A stretch of 64,000 nucleotides of DNA, taken from positions 302,870,001-302,934,000 of the forward strand of contig OZ024741.1 in the NCBI GenBank assembly GCA_964016885.1, in the 5' to 3' direction. A program made the translations under genes and the position numbers. Origin of the DNA: Eledone cirrhosa (lineage: Eukaryota). Under the pieces are notes generated by a model. The model did not search any database. It had not been told where the DNA came from and worked only from the letters and a program-made list of their open reading frames with translations. Shown here in pieces: positions 27,801 to 41,866 of this stretch (its first letter is position 1; each line of letters begins with the position of its first letter).

Positions 27801-28034
27801 TAACAACAATATTAATATTAACAACAAAACTAGGGTGGAGCGTTGGACAACATGCTTTATGGCATAGAGTTAGGGTCCTTTACGATCTGAATTCCCATCC
27901 TGTCGAGGTTAACTTTGCCTCAGACATGAGTACCCTTAACCTAATCCCCAGGGAGATTCGGCGTAGCACAGTGTCTGACGAGGCTGGCACTTTGAACTTC
28001 AGGTAAAACAACAACAGCAACAACGATAGAAATA

Positions 28035-28212
28035 ATATTTCTATTTTTGGCACAAGGCCAGCAAATTCCCAGTGCATTACTGGTACTTTATTTTATCGAC
28101 CCCGTAAGGATGAAAGGCAAAGTTAATCTCATGGGGATTTGAACTCAGAACATAAAGGGACATAACTCTGTGCTGCAAAGCATGGTGTCTGACCCTCTAC
28201 CGATACTGCCAA
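28035..28212 (-). mobile_element. SINE (OK-like)
   Basis: Matches the window consensus. Confidence 0.8.
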
Positions 28213-28618
28213 ACCAATAATAACATCAACAACGCCAGTATTAACATACTTAACAACAACAACAGCAACAACAACGACAGGACCAACTACAACAATAACA
28301 TCAACAACAACAACAAGACCGACAACAACAACAACAACAATAATAACAACAACAACAACAACAACAACAACAACCACGGCAAGACCGACAACAATGGTAT
28401 GAACATCAACGTGACCAGCAAGGGTGTTAACTCCCACGACAACTATTCTAACAGCGTCCATAACAACAACAACAACTACGACGACGACGACAATAACGTT
28501 TACAACAACAACAACAACAACAACAGAAGGGATTCCATTCCTAGTGATGCGTTCCCGGTACATCCGGCTCTGTAAAAGTATTCAGTTCAACTCCATTGTA
28601 ATGATTATAATGATGACA

Positions 28619-28716
28619 GTGGTAGTGGTGGTGGTGGTGGTGGTAGTAGTGAAGGTGGTGTTGGAGGTGGTGGTGGTGGTGGTAGTGGAGGTGGTGTTGG
28701 AGGTGGTAGTGTTGGT

Positions 28717-28777
<61 letters not shown>

Positions 28778-28794
28778 GTGGTGTTGGAGGTGGT

Positions 28795-28825
<31 letters not shown>

Positions 28826-28929
28826 GTGGTGGTGGTGGTGGTGGTGGTGGTGGTGTTGGTGGTGGTGGTAGTGGTGGTAGTGGAGGTGGTGGTGGTGGCG
28901 GTGGTGGTGTTGGAGGTGGTAGTGGAGGT

Positions 28930-28960
<31 letters not shown>

Positions 28961-28974
28961 GTGGTGTTGGAGGT

Positions 28975-29005
<31 letters not shown>

Positions 29006-29103
29006 GTGGTGGTGGTGGTGGTGGTGGTGGTGGTGGTGGTGGTGTTGGAGGTGGTAGTGGAGGTGGTGGTGGTGGTGGTAGTGGAGGTGGTGTTGGAGGT
29101 GGT

Positions 29104-29134
<31 letters not shown>

Positions 29135-29200
29135 GTGGTGGTGGTGGTGGTGGTGGTGGTGTTGGAGGTGGTAGTGGAGGTGGTGGTGGTGGTGGTGGTG
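28619..29200. repeat. Imperfect (GGT)n trinucleotide tract
   Basis: Direct reading; gives poly-Val, poly-Thr and poly-Pro pseudo-ORFs. Confidence 0.95.
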
Positions 29201-29369
29201 TTTGAGATGATGATAACGATGATAGCAGTGATGGTGGTTGTGATGATAATGATAATGATAACGATAATGATGATGAGGAGGTGGGGGGAAAAGATGGAAG
29301 AAACAGCAAAAAAGGATGAGGGGGCTCCGTCGATAACAGCAAATACGTTGTTGTTTTGTTTTTGAAATA

Positions 29370-29887
29370 GTCTGTAATCATCGATGGCGTTCCATCCGTG
29401 GCCATCCAATTTTCCATTCAGATATAGTACATCTAATCTAATCTAATCTGGCCGAGTTTACACTCCCAAATAAGAAGAACTAGGGCCGCTCCTAGGAGCA
29501 TTGGATTTGGTGTACTTCATATTTGTTTCTGTTGCTGAATACAATCAGGGGTCACTGCTTCTCCTGAAGGTCAATAGTTCTCTTCTAACTCGAGCAGGAG
29601 CGCCTTTCCATTGTCAATTTGCATTGATCATCTGCAAAGCCGCATTGTTCTCAGAACCACTACATTAGTCTTTTAATGCGTGCAGCTGGAACTACTGCCA
29701 CCCATTTTTGTTTTAGATGGCTGTTGACTCTTATGAGTTCTTCCGCCCTTTGTCAGGTTTTGGTTTTTATCCTGCAGGGTGTCCAAAATCCTCCTCCTCA
29801 CCAAGTAATCTTGGCGGGGTTGCCAGTTTAGTCACCGACGACCCGACCATGTGACAGGTTGTACTGGGTTACATGCTACCAGTAGTA
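29370..29887 (-). mobile_element. RTE-related non-autonomous element sharing its 5' region with 10186/10875
   Basis: 29710-29887 is a diverged reverse complement of about 10207-10380. Confidence 0.6.
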
Positions 29888-30068
29888 TGTCTAAGATGAC
29901 ATTAACCAATGTATTCGCTCTTACAAGACGCTAGGGTGTGGTTTGAGGGACATTTAGCTGTTCTTTCTGGAAAACAGAGCGACTACTCATTGGTATCTTG
30001 TTATTTACGATGAAGATAATGAGGAAGTTGATGACGAACACAATAAGGATGAGTATGATGAAGAAGAA

Positions 30069-30104
<36 letters not shown>

Positions 30105-30459
30105 AACGACAACAACGATAATGATGATAATGATGACAGCATCAAATTCAATGACAATGATTCAACATTCATCACTAATCTTTTTGAGAAAAACATGAAT
30201 GCCACAATCTTAATTTCCTTGTCTTATACGTCGAATGTAAGACATCAGTTTTTATTCAGGTGTTTTATTTTTCTACAAGGAGACTTAGGAACTTATCCAT
30301 TGACAATTAAACCTTATTTTTTGTTGCAGTTTAGACATATTTCAAATATCTATCATTGCTTCTTTTTTTTTCTTTTAGGTACCTTGTTCAGGATTAAATA
30401 TACCTTTACGCCAATATTTGCAGTAGGGGAAGTAATATAATATAGTATAATATTATATA

Positions 30460-30642
30460 ATTGTTTCTACTTTAGGCACAAGGCCAGCAATTACCCAGTA
30501 CATTACTGGTACTTTATTTTATCGACCCCGTAAGGATGAAAGGCAAAGTTAACCTCGGCGGGATTTGAACTCAGAATGGCAAGGGCCGTAACTCTATGCG
30601 TCAAAGCATGGCGTCCGACCCTCTACCGATACTGCCAATCCA
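30460..30642 (-). mobile_element. SINE (OK-like)
   Basis: Near-consensus copy. Confidence 0.85.
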
Positions 30643-31239
30643 CAATATAATGTGACATATGACATAATAAATATAATATTAAATAGTGAAAATAGTGCCA
30701 CCGTTGTATTTTGACTAAGTAAATTAGCCTAATAATTTTGGAGTTATAAAAATCCACATAAATGGAAAAATGAATGAGCATTAGCGTACATGGGACACGA
30801 ACCCACATTTCTGGCTACTATGGCCAGTGTGTCACCATTACAGTAATACGCCACCCACACAAATTTCCATTAAATTTGAAACTATATAATCATAGTATAT
30901 GAATACATATATATACTCAAGATATCGGCTCCCCTCAAAATCTTGAGACACGAGGATTAGCTGACTTCTAGAATATATCTTAAGCATCTTTGATGAAAGC
31001 GCTTAAAAAACTTTACATAATTGTAGAGTTCCCATGTTTCGCATAAGTAAAGAAGAGAGGTCAATACACACGCAACGTACACAGTATGTGTTAGTAATTC
31101 TCGTGGTGCCATGTCGAAATCAGTTGCTCTTTGAAGCCATAGAGATATTTCATAACCTAAGCAGTAAATATGGATGACTCTACTACCAAGGGAGACAAAC
31201 GTATCAAGATAGATAGTTTCGCACGTGTTTTCTGGGACA

Positions 31240-31520
31240 GACTAGAACATTACAGCAGTCCTGTACAGGCTAATGTTAAATCCAAACCCTTATATATACA
31301 ACAATATGTGCAAATAAGTTGCAATCATCTACATAAAGGAGATCATGAATGAAATTGAAAAGCAATTTCGAATTCGCTTCAAAACGTCGCAAATTGAAAA
31401 GGCATCCGAAATATCGGTAGCTCGCATATATCCTTGAAGACCAATCAGCGACAAAAGCATGAGTGAAAGTAACAGCAAAATAAAGGAAAAGAGAGTTGGG
31501 GTAAATTCGTAACAGCATTT
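31240..31520 (-). mobile_element. RTE/BovB-like RT fragment
   Basis: LFNLRRFEANSKLLFNFIHDLLYVDDCNLFAH (YADD region). Confidence 0.8.
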
Positions 31521-31550
31521 GATATCATTCCCTATAGGAGTGAGTCAGAC

Positions 31551-31981
31551 TATGATCATACTAATAATTGTTTCTACTTGTGGCACAAGGCCAGCATTTA
31601 TCCCAATGCATTACTGGTACTTTATTTTATCGACCCCGTAAGGATGAAAAGCAAAGTTAACCTCAGCGGAATTTGAACTCAGAACGTAAAGGGGCATGAC
31701 TCTATGCTGCAAAGCATGGTGTCTGACGCTCTACCGATACTGTTAATCCGCCACCCTATGATCATACTAATAATTGTTTCTACGTTTGGCACAAGGCCAG
31801 CAATTACCCAGTGTATTACTGGTACTTTATTTTATCGACCCTGTAAGGATGAAAGGCAAAGTTAACCTCGGCGGGATTTGAACTCAGAATGGCAAGGGCC
31901 GTAACTCTATACGTCAAAGCATGGCGTCCGACCCTCTACCGATACTGCCAATCCACCGCCCTATATGATCATACTAATAAT
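31551..31981 (-). mobile_element. Two tandem SINE copies bounded by three copies of TATGATCATACTAATAAT
   Basis: Repeat at 31551, 31757 and 31964. Confidence 0.85.
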
Positions 31982-32319
31982 GACACACGCTTCCATTTCA
32001 CCGTGAAATTATTTAATTATTGATAAAAGTGATCTGTACAACCGATTTTCCAGAGCATTTCCAACTAGAGTGCCATATTTAGATTCAAATGATTTTGTTA
32101 GATGAATGAAAAACTGGACAGCTTCCATGTTCTGTTCCTATCGCTTCTCTTGCATATGTCTTGCTGTGAAAATAATTTTCATTGTTCCTCTACCAGAACA
32201 GAAACCATGCTGAGATACTAGAAGGCCATCAAAGACAAAGGAATTATTCAGGCGGGTAAAAGGAATACCTACAAGAACTGACAGTAGATCAATGCATCTA
32301 TGATTTCTATTTTATATTC

Positions 32320-32505
32320 TGGATTGGCAGTATCGGTAGACGGTCGGACACCATGCTTAGCAGCAAAGAGTTACGGCCCTTTACAGTCGGAGTTCAAATC
32401 CCGCCGAGGTTAACTTTGCCTTTCATCTTTACGGGGTCGATAAAATAAAGCACAGTAATACACTGCGATAATTGCTGGCCTCGTGCCCAAAGTAGTAACA
32501 ATTAT
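32320..32505 (+). mobile_element. SINE (OK-like)
   Basis: Matches the window consensus. Confidence 0.8.
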
Positions 32506-33213
32506 ATACTGACACTCTTTTCTTTTTAGAGGGGAAGAATAATCGTATGTTTCCAGTTCTTGGGAACAGCAGCTTTCCTAACTATATTAACAAGCTCGTG
32601 GAAATTCTGTGTGATACAATTGATTTCAAATTGAGTCACAAGAGGAAGTGAAAAGTTAAATAAATCAGCCCAGTACTTGACTGGTACTTTATTTTATTGA
32701 CGCCGGAAGATGGAAGGCAAAGTTGACCTCGGCAAAATTTGTAGTCAGAATGTAAAGAACCACAGCAAATACTCAATTTTGCCGATCCACCACCATGATT
32801 CTCTGTTGCAAGTGCTATCAATGCTTAAGAACTTTGCACAGATTCGATATTTGCCAGGAACCTTACCAAGATTCATGGGGCGACAGGTTTTTGTTCAGTG
32901 GTGCCAATAATGTGTCATCCAAAACAAACTCATGGTTTACATTCCCGAAAAAATGTTCAAAACAGTAAGATGTAATCTCTGTTGATTGAGAGAATAGAGC
33001 AGAACAATAATTAGAAGAAAAAAAAAAGAGTCGACGTTGAAGTTTTATATCCTCATGTTGCTTTATAACACGATAGGGCTTCTTATTGTTATTAGCCTCA
33101 GCAAAAACTTTCACCTAGATGTTTTGCATCTTCATGAGTGTTTAGTTGAAGTTGACAGTTTATTTTCTTGTAATGAATTAGCGTTAGATACCGCTATTCA
33201 GTTGATAGCTATC

Positions 33214-33581
33214 CGTGTAATAATTCTTTCTACTTTTGGCACAAGGCCAGCAATTACCCAGTGTATTACTGGTACTTTATTTTATCGACCCTGTAAGGAT
33301 GAAAGGCAAAGTTAACCTCGGCGGGATTTGAACCCAGATCGTAAAGGGACGTAACTACACTGGAAAGCATGCCTGACCCTCTACCAATACTGCCAATTCA
33401 CGTGTAATAATTGTTTCTACTTTAGGCACAAGGCCAGCAATTACCCAGTGCATTACTGGTACTTTATTTTATCGACCCCGTAAGGATGAAAGGCAAAGTC
33501 AACCTCGGCGGGATTTGAACTCAGATCGTAAAGGGACGTAACTATGCTGGAAAGCATGGCGTCCGACCCTCGTGTAATAAT
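33214..33581 (-). mobile_element. Two tandem SINE copies bounded by three copies of CGTGTAATAAT
   Basis: Repeat at 33214, 33401 and 33571. Confidence 0.85.
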
Positions 33582-33891
33582 GCATTGTGGACATGAAGCG
33601 ATATGAAGATAGAAGCTTCTCGATCTCAGCATCATTTTTCATCAATCAACTCAGTCAATATGATTAGCGGTAGCACTTCCCACACTTTCAGAAGTGGGAA
33701 ACATACACATGTAAACACACATACACATCCCCCCCATACACCCCCCCCATATCTATATACATCTTTGTGCATCTATCCCACGCCTCCCCGGACAAATCGT
33801 GGGTGAAGAAGATATATCCATCTCTCTCCTTCTCCCTTTGTCCACACATATACGCATATATTATATATATATGAATATATACATACATATG

Positions 33892-33977
<86 letters not shown>

Positions 33978-34519
33978 CATATATACGCATATGTATGTAT
34001 GTATGTGCCTGTAAAAAACCCAGCAGGTGCAATGTATGTGGCCGATTTTTTCTAACAAAAGCTGGATTTGTCAACCATCTGAAATCATGTGAGCCAGGGA
34101 GAAATTGAGCCAACTGTGAGATGGCTCTACCGCCACACACTCCACGGTACATTTGTAATGTGTGTGGTTTAATTTGCAAGTCAGCTGGTTGACTCACCAG
34201 ACATGGTAGAATGCATGAAGACACACCCGAGCCGGTATTGTCAAGGGACAGACAATTCAAGAGTCACATCTGTGAATGTGCCTGCAAAACAAAAGCTGGC
34301 CTGAAAAGTCACCTGGTGCTCTTGATCGAGCATTTTTCAATGAAAGGATGACACTATAATAGTGCGGAAACCGGTTAAGTGTAGTGGTGGGTTTAACGTG
34401 GTATATTTATACTTTATCATCCACATTTGTTTATCTGTATTCAATGTAAACACCCACTGTCCTGTAATTTATTCTTGTACTATGTAGCATCTATCGCGTA
34501 TATGACAATAAAAGACACC

Positions 34520-34705
34520 GGCGGTGGATTGGCAGTATCGGTAGAGGGTCGGACGCCATGCTTTGACGTATAGAGTTACGGCCATTCTGAGTTCAAATCT
34601 CGCCGAAGTTAACTTTGCCTTTCATCCTTACGGGGTCGATAAAATAAAGTACCAGTAATGCACTGAGATAATTTCTGGCCTTGTGCCAAACGTAGAAACA
34701 ATTAT
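34520..34705 (+). mobile_element. Full-length SINE (tRNA-like head with A/B-box-like motifs; central GCCTTTCATCCTTACGGGGTCGATAAA resembling the Deu/Nin domain)
   Basis: GGCGGTGGATTGGCAGTATCGG...GAGTTCAAATC... Confidence 0.85.
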
Positions 34706-34850
34706 TAATATAATTTCGAGTAGACCGGTGGATGCTGCTCTCATGTAAATATTATAAATAGTAGAATGGGCGTGGCGTAGCTAAATGCATCAACTCTTAC
34801 AATGGGGCTGTAGGTTGGGGGCAAGATCTGACGGTAGAGAAGGTACTTTT

Positions 34851-34907
34851 CAAAGTAGACTTATCTTGACTGACATACAAGATGTCAGTCAAGATAAGTC
34901 TACTTTG
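34851..34907. repeat. Perfect 26-bp-arm palindrome within a probable MITE (about 34772-34930)
   Basis: CAAAGTAGACTTATCTTGACTGACAT-acaag-ATGTCAGTCAAGATAAGTCTACTTTG. Confidence 0.9.
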
Positions 34908-37011
34908 TGTATGGCTTGCTACGAACCACCCTACGTGGTTGTTTCTTATTTTGCTACCTTGTTGTTCCAAACTGTTATTGCTATTTTTTGTCATCTGCTC
35001 TTTTATGTGTCTTTATGTTTTATTGTTAAGGCGACGAATTAGTCGTTAGAACGTCGGATAGAATGCTTTCCGACTCTTTACGTATCCAGTTCAAATCCCG
35101 CTGAGGTCAACTTTGCCGTTCATCCTTTCGAAGCTGATAAAACAAAAAAAAACGCCATATAAGTACTGGGGTCGATTTAATTGATTTCCACCCCAAATTA
35201 CTGGCATGTGACTAAATTAGAAACCATTTTTATTGTTAAGTCGGTGAAGTGGCAGAGTCGGTTTTTGTTCCGGCTATCTGCGCTCTGAATTGAAATCTCA
35301 CCAGGGTCAATTTTACCTTCTAGGTTTTCGAGGTCGATAAAAAACAGCGTTATTTCAGTACTGGAGTCGATTCTTCATCTATATCTCTTTCTCCCTTCCT
35401 CTCTCTCATTTCCTCTCATTATCTCTCTTTCTTTTGAAGAGATCAGCTGTGTTCAGACTTGGAGAGGGATGAGCTCCACGTGGTTTAAAATGCCCAAGAC
35501 AAAGTTGTGTGTCATAACGGCGCGCCTACACTACTATCAGGAGTTACGAGTCGATACAATTTGTGGCTTTCTGCCATTTTATTTGATATAAATATTCAAA
35601 TGTTTATAGCAGAGTCGTTATATTAGGTTATTTTGTTGCTGTCCTTTATCTGCCGAAGTCAACTTTACTTTTTATTATTCCGGTGTCGATAACATAAACG
35701 CCGATCAAGTACTGAGAGGGAAGTTGCTACCGGAAATGTACTCTTCGGTTTTCTGGTTTTCAACTTCTGGAACAGAATACGAAGAGATTTTCTCGGTTAT
35801 CACCGGGAATGCCATTAATGGTGCGCTGTAAACGTTAGTGTCAAAACCTGCTGTTGTTTTTGTTACCAAGTTTGTCCACGGTTTTCGTTTTTTTCTCTGC
35901 CTTTTCAACCCATTTAAGCAGAGTGAAACCATGGATGATACTTCAACACATATTTTCTACCCTGCATTACATGTTTAGTTGCTTTCCTTCTTGCCCCACA
36001 ATGAGATACCACTCCTTCGGGAGTCGTCTGGACTTGCTTGTCCATGTAGACCCCACTTGATATTGAATGACCTGAAGGAAGGCTAGTAAAATACTGCATT
36101 GATTGGGGAGATGAGGAACACTAAATCCTAACGTGGTAGGCTGCCGATGAAGACTATGAAGACTACACTAATACTGTATCAACAGATAAATTTAAGCACT
36201 CCCTCTACGCCTAAGGAAGTGTAAGTCCTCGCAACTGACCCAAAGCCGAAGATACTCACGAACATATTCAGAAAACCCAGGCTGAAAAAGATCTAAGCAG
36301 AATGTGGTCGGAATTATGGGAGTGCGTTAGTCCTTATTAGATAGCAGCTTACGTATGTGTACGGGGAGTTATGTCTTGTGGATTACATTTTGAACGTTTT
36401 TAAAAGTATTGTATTATTTTCCCCCAACCCATCGTTTATGATATATATTTGTATATAATTATATATGAGAAAGGAACCTAGTGTGTCACAGATATATTAC
36501 ATAATTGGCAACACATCTCAATATGTATGTCTGTATGTTGTGAGTGTGTATGTATGTGTGCGTATGTGTGTGTGTGTGTATGTGTGCGTATGTCTGTGTG
36601 TATGTGCTGTGTGTGTGTATGTATGTGTGTATGTGTGAGTGTGTATGTGTGTGTATGTCTGTGTGTATGTGTGTGTGTGTTTGTCTCTGTCTGTGTGTTT
36701 GAGTATGTGTGTTTGAGTATGTGTGTATGTGTGTGTGTGTAGGTGTATGTGTTTCAACAAAGGACAAGGCAAAAATCATTGAAAGAAACACTCTTCATAA
36801 AGTGCAGACAGAGAGAGTCTTGCAGTCTGAATATGATGAGTAGGAAAATACTTCAATCAATTGAAACTTTCCTCACAAATTCAAAACCAAAACTCCATTC
36901 AGTGGTGTCCAGGTGAGAAGCAAGTCATATTAGATTCCCTTTGTTATATACCCATCTGGGAAGTCAAGCAAACTTGCTAAGTACATAGGCTTCGCTGAAG
37001 ACATCTAATAA

Positions 37012-37188
37012 ATATTTCTACTTTTGGCACAAGGCCAGCAATTACCACAGTGCATTATTTTATCGACCCCGTAAGGATGAAAGGCAAAGTTAACCTCGAG
37101 GGATTTGAACTCAGACCGTAAAGGGCCGTAACTCTATGCTCCAAAGCATGGCGTCCGACCGTCTACCGATACTGCCAATCCACCGCTA
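37012..37188 (-). mobile_element. SINE with TSD AAGACATCTAATAA
   Basis: Direct repeats flank both ends. Confidence 0.85.
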
Positions 37189-38048
37189 TAAGACATCTAA
37201 TAATATCGGTACAGATCCATGTTGCTTTCATCAAGATGGCTTACAGACAAAATCCACTCACACTGCATTGTCTTAAATTGTTCCGACTTCGATCAGCTCA
37301 GACCACTTGAGTTCTTTCCCTTGTTTGCATGTTCGATCTTGAAATTGTGAGGATAGTCGAGGATAGTCTTAGTTTGTGCTCAATGAATAGAGGGAAAGAA
37401 AGAGTACATACATACATACAATTATATAAAATCATGTATATAAGCATATATAGAAGCATGCATACATATATATGTATATATCTATTTACACATACATGCA
37501 TTCATAAATGTATACATGCATACATACATCCATACATACATGAATTCATTCATAAATACATACATACATGCTTACATACATACATAATACATACATGCGT
37601 ACATACATACATACATTCATACATACATGCATGCATTCATTCATAAACACATACATATATACATACATGTGTAGATGCGCGTTTGTGTCCCCCCCACACC
37701 CCTACCACAGATACGTATACACACTTACACATACACACACACACTAGGAAACATACTTATGAATAACTGATTAAATGGATGGATAAATAAATAAGTCAAT
37801 AAAACAAATAAATAAACAAATAAATAAATAAATAAACAACAAATAAATAAATAAACAACAAATAAACACATAAAATACAGTTAAATACACAAGTAAGCGA
37901 AAAATTGAATAAAAAACAAGACAAACTCTGGAAAACGTCAAAAAATTGAAAGAGACATTATACCGTTGTGTTCGAGCGATGGAAAGTTTTATACAGTGAC
38001 GTATTAAGGCGTTAACTGTTATGTGTTTTTATATTTCATTTTATTTTT

Positions 38049-38181
<133 letters not shown>

Positions 38182-38342
38182 ATTTTGTTATATTTTATTT
38201 TATTTTACGGAGAACGAGATACTCGCCTGTCTATATTACGACATTTGCTTTTGGAGATAGACAAGCATGAGTAGAGATAGTCAAACTTTTCCTTTCTTTA
38301 CTGACACATAAACACAGACACACAGACACACAGACACACAGG

Positions 38343-38373
<31 letters not shown>

Positions 38374-38665
38374 GCACATTCACTCACACACACACACACA
38401 TGTATGCACATCAATTTACATACACACTGGCGCACTCACACTCTCATACACACAGGCACATACACACTAATATATATATTACTTCAAGCCAAATTATATA
38501 TATATATACACACACACACATATATATATATTGTGTATATGGGGTTAAATAGATGAACCTCTAAATAAATAGCTAACGTAAGCATATTTACGCATAGTGA
38601 GGCACACACACATACACACACTCACACACAACCACACAATATATATATTTATGTCTTTCTCTTTT

Positions 38666-38730
<65 letters not shown>

Positions 38731-38731
38731 A

Positions 38732-38762
<31 letters not shown>

Positions 38763-39082
38763 GTATATATTCATAGACTTACACACATATGTACATTTAT
38801 ATATAAACACATATATATATGTTTCTCAGTCTCTTTCTCTATGTATCTCTCTCTCTTTATATATATTCATAGGCTTTCACACATATGTATATTTATACAT
38901 AAGCACAAACATATATATGTAGACGTACATATATAAGATGATACGTACAATGAAACGGTCTGTTAAAAATGGTAAAAAAACGAGATATTGTAGCACAGAT
39001 AAAATTAATTACATAAGGAACTACAGCTCTTCTTTAATTTATTGAAGGTACTTTAAAGTGAGAAACCCAAACCCTCACACTG

Positions 39083-39470
39083 TTCTTTTTCTTCTTGTCG
39101 TATGACATATGCACAATAGAGAGACAGGTTGAGACCAACGAGCCAGACCAAGGTATCATCTGTAGTATTATAGATTGCCTCCAGGCGCCGGGAAAACGTC
39201 TAAGGGGATAATCCCGAACATCATGCAGTACTGTCTGGTTGGTCTCCCCACATTCACTTGCTGGGATGTCTTTCATTGTCCATGGATGTTGTCTTGGCAT
39301 GTGTTGTGCAGATCTGATTAAAGACATCCAATTGCTTTCTGGGAAGGTCAAAGTGGGCTGGTTTAGATGTGGGGTACTGGACGAGGTCTTGGTTGGCAAA
39401 TTTGGACTCATTTGGAAATGGCAACCTTCACGTGGTCCACCCTGTACGGAATTCATTCCAACTGATGCCA
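39083..39470 (-). mobile_element. LINE 3' fragment, Ingi/Vingi-like
   Basis: ECGETNQTVLH.VRD.PLRRFPG zinc-knuckle remnant; CATACGACAAGAAGAAAA terminus. Confidence 0.6.
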
Positions 39471-41039
39471 TTGTCCGATATATGCACATTGTTTGATACA
39501 TGCACACTGTTAGTGAATACAACCATTAGCGTAACGTTGTAAATACAAACTCATTAATAGAACGATATAATTAATACAGGTTTATAATTAAGACACAAGG
39601 CCAGCAATTTTAGTGGGGATGAAAATTGAGTAAATCAACTCACTACTCAACTGGTACATTATTTTATTGACTCTAGAAGGCCGAAAGGTATAGTTGATCT
39701 CGGCAGGATTTGAACTCAGGACGTAAAGGACGGTGACTAAATACTGCAAAGCACTTCGTTCGATGCTCTAACAATTCAGCCATTTCACCATCATATAGAT
39801 TTAATTAATACTGAAAGTAATCTATAAATATTCAGAATCTATCGGTTAGTGAAGTACATTTATTTGATAATAAGGAAAAAATAAAATGGCTCTAAACTCC
39901 TGATTGAGTTGTAGGGATACCGCCTTAATATACGGCATGTGTTTGGCATTGTAAACCAGATGGAGGTCATCACTCTCCAGGTCGAAACAGTTGATTTCTT
40001 CCAAAGAAAGAGAAAAACCGAAAGGGATAGACATAGAGAAAGAATCGAGACCAGTACTGGACAAGTATAGACAGCGAATTGTCGTTAGAAAGTCGAGTAG
40101 ATTACTTTGAGGTATTCGTTCCGGCTCACTGCTCTAGAGTTCAAATCCTGTCGAGGTCAACTTTGCCCTTTATCCTTTCAAGGTCAAATAAAAAAGTACC
40201 AGTCTAGTACTGTGGTCGATTCTTCCTCTATATCTTTCTCACTTTCTATCCCTCTCTGGAAGATATCTACTGTACCTAGGCCTTGAGAGGGATGGGCTCC
40301 CCCAGGCTTTAAAAGACCAAGAAACGCCGTATGTCAATACGATGCTCCCATGACTTCTACAAGGGTTACGGGATCATACCATACTGGACCAGTACTTTAA
40401 TTTTCAATCCCGAAAGGATAAAAAACAAAGTTAATCTCTGTGTGATTTGAACACAAATTACTGTCTAACGGAAGAAATACCGAGGCATTTAATCCGGCGC
40501 CTCTAACAACTCTGCCAACTCTTTTGATAATAATTATGTGATTCGCAACCTTCTTCGATTTGATTTACGGCAAAACCATCATCGGCTTGAGCTCTGCCGT
40601 CGGGGTCATACTTTTTCCTATATATATATGGAGAATAGAAATGGCTGTGTAGTTGCTATTTAAGTAACTTAAAATGCAGTGGGAATACGAAGAAAGCAAG
40701 AACGGGGGGGGGGGGGGGGGGTTCCTCATCAGTTGTCTACTGGGGGTCTCGGATATTTCTACGCTTTAAAGACCCCAGGGCGTCAATAACTGGATAAGTT
40801 ATTGGGAAAACGGAGGAGGGAGGGAAGGAAAACAAAAGGGAAGAAAAGAGAAAACAACAACAAACCGAGCAATGTGCGAGCAACTTAAGGTAAGAAAATC
40901 CAAGACCACTCGATAAGAGAACTTAAGTTCAAGACTGAATGGTCGAGAGAAAAAAGACGCAGCTGTAAGTGAGAAGAGAACTGCTAAAGGGTGAAGCGAG
41001 GGGGTGAAAGTGAGAGGGAGGATAGGGTGTGGTAAAAAC

Positions 41040-41215
41040 AAGGTAGAGCATAACCCACCAGAATACTCAATACATAGAGTAGCAGAGTGGGTAATATGAA
41101 AAGATTCAGGACCCCGACGGCTGAGCTCAGGCTGTATTCGAATACTGGCGCTTTAGTTCGGATCTAGCTGTCGAAACGGCCGGAGCTCAGCCGTCGGGGT
41201 TTTGTATCTTTTCAT
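41040..41215. mobile_element. Mini fold-back carrying the 3' half of a hammerhead plus tail
   Basis: Arms about 41094-41128 and 41173-41216; GAAACGGC-cggagctca-GCCG-TC^GGGG. Confidence 0.7.
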
Positions 41216-41345
41216 ATATATATATATATACATACACACACGGCAATCCTAGACGAAAGCTAATTGTCTGGTGCCTTATAATTAGTAAATTTGCCCCCTG
41301 TTTTTGTTTGTTTCATTTTTTAACTATATATATATATATATATAT

Positions 41346-41645
<300 letters not shown>

Positions 41646-41650
41646 ATATA

Positions 41651-41823
41651 TTGGAAAATGTGTGAAATCCTTTGTACAGTTAGGTATATTTGAAAAAAGG
41701 AAAAGAATGACTTCACTTGTAGTTCTAAACAATTTGATTTAATTTTATAATATTATGATTTGGAAATCATAATATAAAATTAAATCAAATTGTTTAGAAC
41801 TACAAGTGAAGTCATTATTTTCC

Positions 41824-41828
<5 letters not shown>
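41651..41828. mobile_element. Mini fold-back between (TA)n tracts (probable PLE tail)
   Basis: Arms about 41696-41761 and 41764-41826; the left arm has about 45 nt of extra tail. Confidence 0.7.

Positions 41829-41866
<38 letters not shown>

Noticed and set aside
28424-29417. Poly-Pro/Thr/Val mucin- or extensin-like ORFs
   Set aside because: A (GGT)n microsatellite; no splice or domain evidence.
35900-36075. Possible piggyBac Cys-rich tail or host exon on the minus strand
   Set aside because: Needs several frameshifts and substitutions; too degenerate to support without a search.
40695-40745. CTGATGA plus GGAAC/GTTC hairpin on the minus strand as a hammerhead
   Set aside because: No GAAA or NUH follows stem II.
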